Origin: an uncultured Muribaculaceae bacterium
GTDB lineage: Bacteria > Bacillota_I > Bacilli_A > RF39 > UBA660
NCBI GenBank assembly: GCA_964609615.1
Contig: CAZSRL010000027.1
Span: forward strand, 1 to 10,629
Length of the DNA stretch: 10,629 nucleotides
Reading direction: 5' to 3'
The position numbers and the translations under genes were made by a program. How positions within the stretch are numbered: position 1 is the stretch's first letter; each line of letters opens with the position of its first letter. The notes below the pieces were generated by a model, which did not search any database, was not told where the DNA came from, and saw only the letters and a list, made by a program, of their open reading frames with translations. Positions 8,047-10,629 of this stretch are shown piece by piece.

Positions 8047-8160
8047 ATCTGGGAAGACGCCGTTCGAGTTGTTCAGATTGTTGTTGTTCAGGTTACCATC
8101 ACTATTCACGTTCATCGCATTCACATTACCATTAGAGACATTCCAATTGTTAGGAGACAT
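8047..8160 (-). repeat. DGR template repeat (TR), non-coding
   Basis: This 114-nt stretch aligns without gaps to 8345-8458 (offset 298). In the VR frame it reads MSPNNWNVSNGNVNAMNVNSDGNLNNNNLNNSNGVFPD, with 16 AAY codons. The coding strand has 38 adenines. It is not inside any credible ORF. Confidence 0.88.
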
Positions 8161-8180
8161 CCATTCTATCAAATTTACCC

Positions 8181-8244
8181 AAAAATCAGCCCTCGGTGGC
8201 TTACCTCCCACCGATCGCCGTCAAAAAACAAGGAGTTGTTTTTT
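8181..8244 (-). terminator. Two hairpins downstream of the target gene stop (possible terminator and/or DGR RNA 5' structure)
   Basis: On the minus strand there is an AT-only hairpin, AAAAAACAA-CTCC-TTGTTTTTT (8244-8223). A GC-rich hairpin TCGGTGG-GAGGTAAG-CCACCGA (8214-8193) follows, then GGGCTGATTTTTGGG. The GC-rich patch is conspicuous in an AT-rich context. Its function is not established. Confidence 0.35.
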
Positions 8245-8263
8245 GATTCCCTCTTTACTTAGT

Positions 8264-9811
8264 TTACTGTACTACATATGGATTAGCACTCGTTCCAGGG
8301 TTCTCCACGTTAACAGTTGCCAGTGTTTCAGCGGAGAGCGATATAACTGGGAAGACGCCGCGCGAGTAGTCCAGATCGTAGCTGCGCAGGCGACCATCAC
8401 TATTCACTTCCACCGCAGGCACACTACCATCAGCGACACGCCAATTGAAAGGAGACATAGTCCATCTAGATACTCCTGATTTATAAAGATAATATGATGA
8501 ATTTCCAGTACCATATATTCCTCCTGCAAATGCTACTTCATCTCCAGTTAATAATCCTACATTTAAATTATATATATCATTTCCTTCACTTGTAGATGTT
8601 GGACATATAAAACTAGGACTAGCAGATGCTACTGGATATAATCTATTTCTTACTCCAAAACAATAATAATCTGTTCCTGTTGTGTATGTTCTATCATTAC
8701 AAAACTTTGTTGGTACTACTTTACTTGAATAGTTTGTATTATTTCCTATATTTGTGTTATACCATGTTTCTACATTTCCTTTTATTGTTGAATTTCCATA
8801 TGTTGCATATGTTATTGCTGTTTCCCATGTTTTACTTGAATAATTTGTATTCCATGCACTATCTATTCCTGTTGTTGTATTAAGTACCAGTCTTACACTT
8901 CCGTCTCCATTGATTCTGACTACTCTCCATAGCATTGGATCTCCTGCACTATGTATAACTTCCGAACATTCTTGTGCTGATTCATTATAATATTCATCAT
9001 CAATACATTCACTTAAAGAACTTGCTTCCCAAACTTGCCAATTATATAATGTTTCTGTATAATTTGGTCCAAATGTTACATAGTTATCTGGTGCTGTCCC
9101 TCTAAAGTAATATGTTTTATCTCCATAGTCATCATTTGGACCACTAATTAATCCTTCATCGGTTTTTGATACTGCTCTTCCTGGATATGTTGTATATGTT
9201 GTTGGTGGGTTATTTGTTTTTAGCATGTCTGCTAATGTTGGTTCACTTGATGTTGATGCATTTACATCTAGTACTTCTATCTTTCCACTTATACTTTTTC
9301 CTTGGTTTTCATTTTGATTTTCATTCCTACTTAGAAATCTAAAATGTAGTGTATATGTTTGAGTTACTCCTGTTGCTATTGTTGCATTACTTATTATACT
9401 TACATGGTCTCCACTATTTGGTAGTTGTGTTTCTGATAGTGTTGAACCAGAGTTATTACTTGTTACACTATATACCATATCTGTTTTGGTTGTGAATGTA
9501 TTTGTTAGCGTTGCCCAGTTTATATTATAGTGTACTTCCCCGTCTCCTGTATTAGTTACAGTAAATGTTTTTTCTCCTGTCCACCCTGGCATTATATTAT
9601 CTTCGTTATATTCTGGTCCTCCATTATATGTTATAGAAAGGTTTGCAGTTGTTACTGTTACTCCTTTTGCTGTATCATTTCCACTTACTGTTGCTGAAAA
9701 CCATGCATATGATACTCCTGCTATTGCTATTATTACCACTAGTGTTAATACTGCTATTGTTTCTTTTTTATGTGTTTTTAGTTTATTTAAAAGTTTTTTT
9801 ACTTTATCCAT
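8264..9811 (-). CDS. DGR variable (target) protein, secreted or surface-located, with the VR in its C-terminal ligand-binding-type domain
   Basis: 515 aa with an AAAGGAGAAG RBS. The N-terminus KKETIAVLTLVVIIAIAGVSYAWFSAT resembles a SipW-dependent/TasA-camelysin-type signal peptide. A Thr/Asn-rich beta-type region follows (IMPGWTGEKTFTVTNTGDGEV). The C-terminal part contains WRVVRINGDGSVRLV, VGLLTGDEVAFAG and RWTMSP...GVFPVISL. The VR encodes residues about 452-489. Confidence 0.85.
   Translation of the reverse strand: MDKVKKLLNKLKTHKKETIAVLTLVVIIAIAGVSYAWFSATVSGNDTAKGVTVTTANLSITYNGGPEYNEDNIMPGWTGEKTFTVTNTGDGEVHYNINWATLTNTFTTKTDMVYSVTSNNSGSTLSETQLPNSGDHVSIISNATIATGVTQTYTLHFRFLSRNENQNENQGKSISGKIEVLDVNASTSSEPTLADMLKTNNPPTTYTTYPGRAVSKTDEGLISGPNDDYGDKTYYFRGTAPDNYVTFGPNYTETLYNWQVWEASSLSECIDDEYYNESAQECSEVIHSAGDPMLWRVVRINGDGSVRLVLNTTTGIDSAWNTNYSSKTWETAITYATYGNSTIKGNVETWYNTNIGNNTNYSSKVVPTKFCNDRTYTTGTDYYCFGVRNRLYPVASASPSFICPTSTSEGNDIYNLNVGLLTGDEVAFAGGIYGTGNSSYYLYKSGVSRWTMSPFNWRVADGSVPAVEVNSDGRLRSYDLDYSRGVFPVISLSAETLATVNVENPGTSANPYVVQ
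8345..8458 (-). repeat. DGR variable repeat (VR) within the 3' end of the target gene
   Basis: The VR encodes MSPFNWRVADGSVPAVEVNSDGRLRSYDLDYSRGVFPV. It differs from TR at 24 of 114 nt, and 22 of those are at TR adenines (A->G 11, A->C 6, A->T 5). All 22 fall at codon positions 1 or 2. The 3' end CGGCGTCTTCCCAG (8360-8347) is identical to TR (8062-8049), and homology is lost right after it, which is IMH-like. Confidence 0.88.
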
Positions 9812-9836
9812 ACTTCTTCTCCTTTATTATATGTTA

Positions 9837-9865
9837 ATTATATTATCTTTTATTTTTTATGTCAA
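9837..9865 (-). promoter_or_regulatory. Consensus sigma-A promoter of the DGR target gene
   Basis: The minus strand reads TTGACA (9865-9860), an exact 17-nt spacer TAAAAAATAAAAGATAA, then TATAAT (9842-9837), about 25 nt upstream of the ATG at 9811. Confidence 0.65.
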
Positions 9866-9889
9866 TCTTAACCTCGTGTGTGTGGGATT

Positions 9890-9912
9890 AAAAAAAAGTG
9901 TATTTCTACACT
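9890..9912 (-). terminator. Weak intrinsic terminator after nusG
   Basis: The minus strand reads AGTGTA-GAAA-TACACT (9912-9897, overlapping the nusG TAG) followed by a T-run of 7-8 nt. The stem is only 6 bp and AT-rich, so termination is probably leaky. Confidence 0.4.
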
Positions 9913-10450
9913 AATTTTTACTTATTTGCATTAAATCTACTTCAACTGGAGTTTCTTGCCCAAATAAATCTATAAGTACATTTAATTTTTGGTTTTCCAA
10001 GTCAATATATTCAACTTTACCGCTCATACCATTGAATGGACCATCAATAATAGTTACAGAGTCTCCAACATTTATTTCTGTTTCAATGTCAACTCTACTC
10101 ATACCCATATTGTTTAGAATTTTATCTATTTCTTGAGGTAATAATGGAGTTGGTTTTGCACCTTTACCACTTGATCCTATAAATCCAGTTACTCCTGGAG
10201 TATTTCTTACCACATACCAAGCTTCGTCGCTCATAACCATTTCTACAATTACATAACCCGGAAACATCTTTTTAGTTTTTTCTTTTTTAACACCATCTTT
10301 AATTTCTATTTCTGTACTTTCTGGTACTATAACTCTGAAAATGTTATTTTCCATTCCCATAGACTCAGTTCTCATTTTTAAATTTTCAGCTACTTTTGTT
10401 TCATGACCAGAATAAGTATTAACTACATACCATAACTTTTGTTCTTCCAT
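9911..10450 (-). CDS. nusG: Transcription termination/antitermination factor NusG
   Basis: 179 aa. The NGN domain reads WYVVNTYSGHETKVAENLKMR...FPGYVIVEMVMSDEAWYVVRNTPGVTGFIGS. The KOW domain reads VGDSVTIIDGPFNGMSGKVEYID. The ATG overlaps the secE stop (TAATG). Confidence 0.96.
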   Translation of the reverse strand: MEEQKLWYVVNTYSGHETKVAENLKMRTESMGMENNIFRVIVPESTEIEIKDGVKKEKTKKMFPGYVIVEMVMSDEAWYVVRNTPGVTGFIGSSGKGAKPTPLLPQEIDKILNNMGMSRVDIETEINVGDSVTIIDGPFNGMSGKVEYIDLENQKLNVLIDLFGQETPVEVDLMQISKN

Positions 10451-10629
10451 TATTTCATCGACTCCCTTAAAAATGCAAATATTGTATCTAAACTATAAAA
10501 GAAAAGTGCAAAAAATATTATAAGCGATATACACACAATAGAATATTTTACTAATTCTTTCCCCTTAGGCCAATGTGTTTTAGAGCCTTCTTTTTTCACT
10601 CCTAAAAAGAATGTTTTTATTTTACCCAT
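10450..10629 (-). CDS. secE: Preprotein translocase subunit SecE (59 aa; the ATG lies exactly at the window edge)
   Basis: It is not in the ORF track, probably because it is short. My translation of the minus strand from 10629 is MGKIKTFFLGVKKEGSKTHWPKGKELVKYSIVCISLIIFFALFFYSLDTIFAFLRESMK, then TAA at 10452-10450. The W-P-K-G-K-E-L motif, the single TM segment and the length match Bacillus-type SecE. An upstream start outside the window cannot be excluded. Confidence 0.85.
   Translation of the reverse strand: MGKIKTFFLGVKKEGSKTHWPKGKELVKYSIVCISLIIFFALFFYSLDTIFAFLRESMK

Larger units (their letters stand above)
6004..9865 (-). mobile_element. Diversity-generating retroelement cassette: promoter, target gene with VR, TR, accessory ORFs and RT
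   Basis: The cassette is composed of the component features listed below. It occupies the normally short nusG-rplK intergenic position. The RT and accessory genes are visibly more AT-rich than the flanking ribosomal genes. The outer limits are approximate, and I saw no flanking direct repeats or integrase. Confidence 0.8.

Noticed and set aside
8264-8346. Search for the canonical GC-rich hairpin/cruciform immediately 3' of the VR
   Set aside because: I found no convincing inverted repeat in the 80 nt between the VR end and the stop codon. The nearest GC-rich hairpin (8193-8214) is about 130 nt away, so I do not claim it as the homing-associated structure.
8047-8458. The 114-nt direct repeat as IS or integration-site duplication, or a CRISPR-like repeat
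   Set aside because: There are only two copies, and one is in frame inside a CDS. The mismatches are base- and strand-specific (22 of 24 at A of one copy), which duplication decay or CRISPR repeats would not produce.
7935-8479. Plus-strand ORFs 7935-8135 and 8069-8479 running through TR and VR
   Set aside because: They read the antisense of TR and VR, and of the target gene's 3' end. Their Cys/Ser/Arg-rich, repeat-derived translations have no RBS. The A-specific mismatch pattern and the AAY codon design only make sense on the minus strand.
9301-9330. Short tandem duplication encoding NENQNENQ in the target gene, and the (GT)4 run at 9876-9884
   Set aside because: Each has two units or fewer than 10 nt. 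They fall within what low-complexity AT-rich coding or intergenic sequence produces by chance, and no functional context supports them.
8626-9837. Plus-strand ORFs 8626-8883 and 9643-9837 (Leu/Phe/Tyr-rich)
   Set aside because: They lie antisense to the well-supported 515-aa target gene and are poly-Leu low-complexity artefacts.
1-10629. Alternative genetic code (UGA = Trp, Mycoplasma/Spiroplasma code 4), suggested by the extreme AT content and the missing rpoB ORF in the track
   Set aside because: rpoB is missing only because it has no stop within the window. All ribosomal genes have normal lengths under code 11. Trp is encoded by TGG throughout (for example WPKGKEL in SecE and WYVV in NusG). 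TGA ends the Avd-like and RT ORFs at sensible points.

Overview
All supportable genes are on the minus strand. The backbone is the conserved secE-nusG / rplK-rplA-rplJ-rplL / small methyltransferase / rpoB cluster of a very AT-rich bacterium that uses the standard code (TGA is a stop, TGG encodes Trp). It looks Bacillota- or Mycoplasmatota-like, but I cannot place the lineage without a search. Three consensus sigma-A-type promoters with exact 17-bp spacers, an L10-leader-like region and several hairpin terminators are readable. The cluster is split between nusG and rplK by a roughly 3.9-kb insert that reads as a complete diversity-generating retroelement (DGR). Going 5'->3' on the minus strand, it has its own consensus promoter and then a 515-aa secreted target protein whose C-terminal 114 nt form the variable repeat (VR, 8345-8458). 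Next come a 114-nt template repeat (TR, 8047-8160), a terminator and a (GA)11 tract sitting inside a promoter-like element. An operon of three ORFs, joined by two 11-nt overlaps, follows: a MutS-domain-I-like protein, an Avd-like protein and a reverse transcriptase with IGxxxSQ and YMDD motifs. TR and VR differ at 24 of 114 positions, and 22 of these are adenines of the TR coding strand. TR carries 16 AAY codons. Other points worth a second look are the DGR's position inside the ribosomal-protein cluster, the MutS-I-like accessory ORF, the possibly phase-variable promoter spacer, and an acidic C-terminal extension of about 67 aa on L11. All homology calls come from reading the translations by eye. 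No database search was possible.
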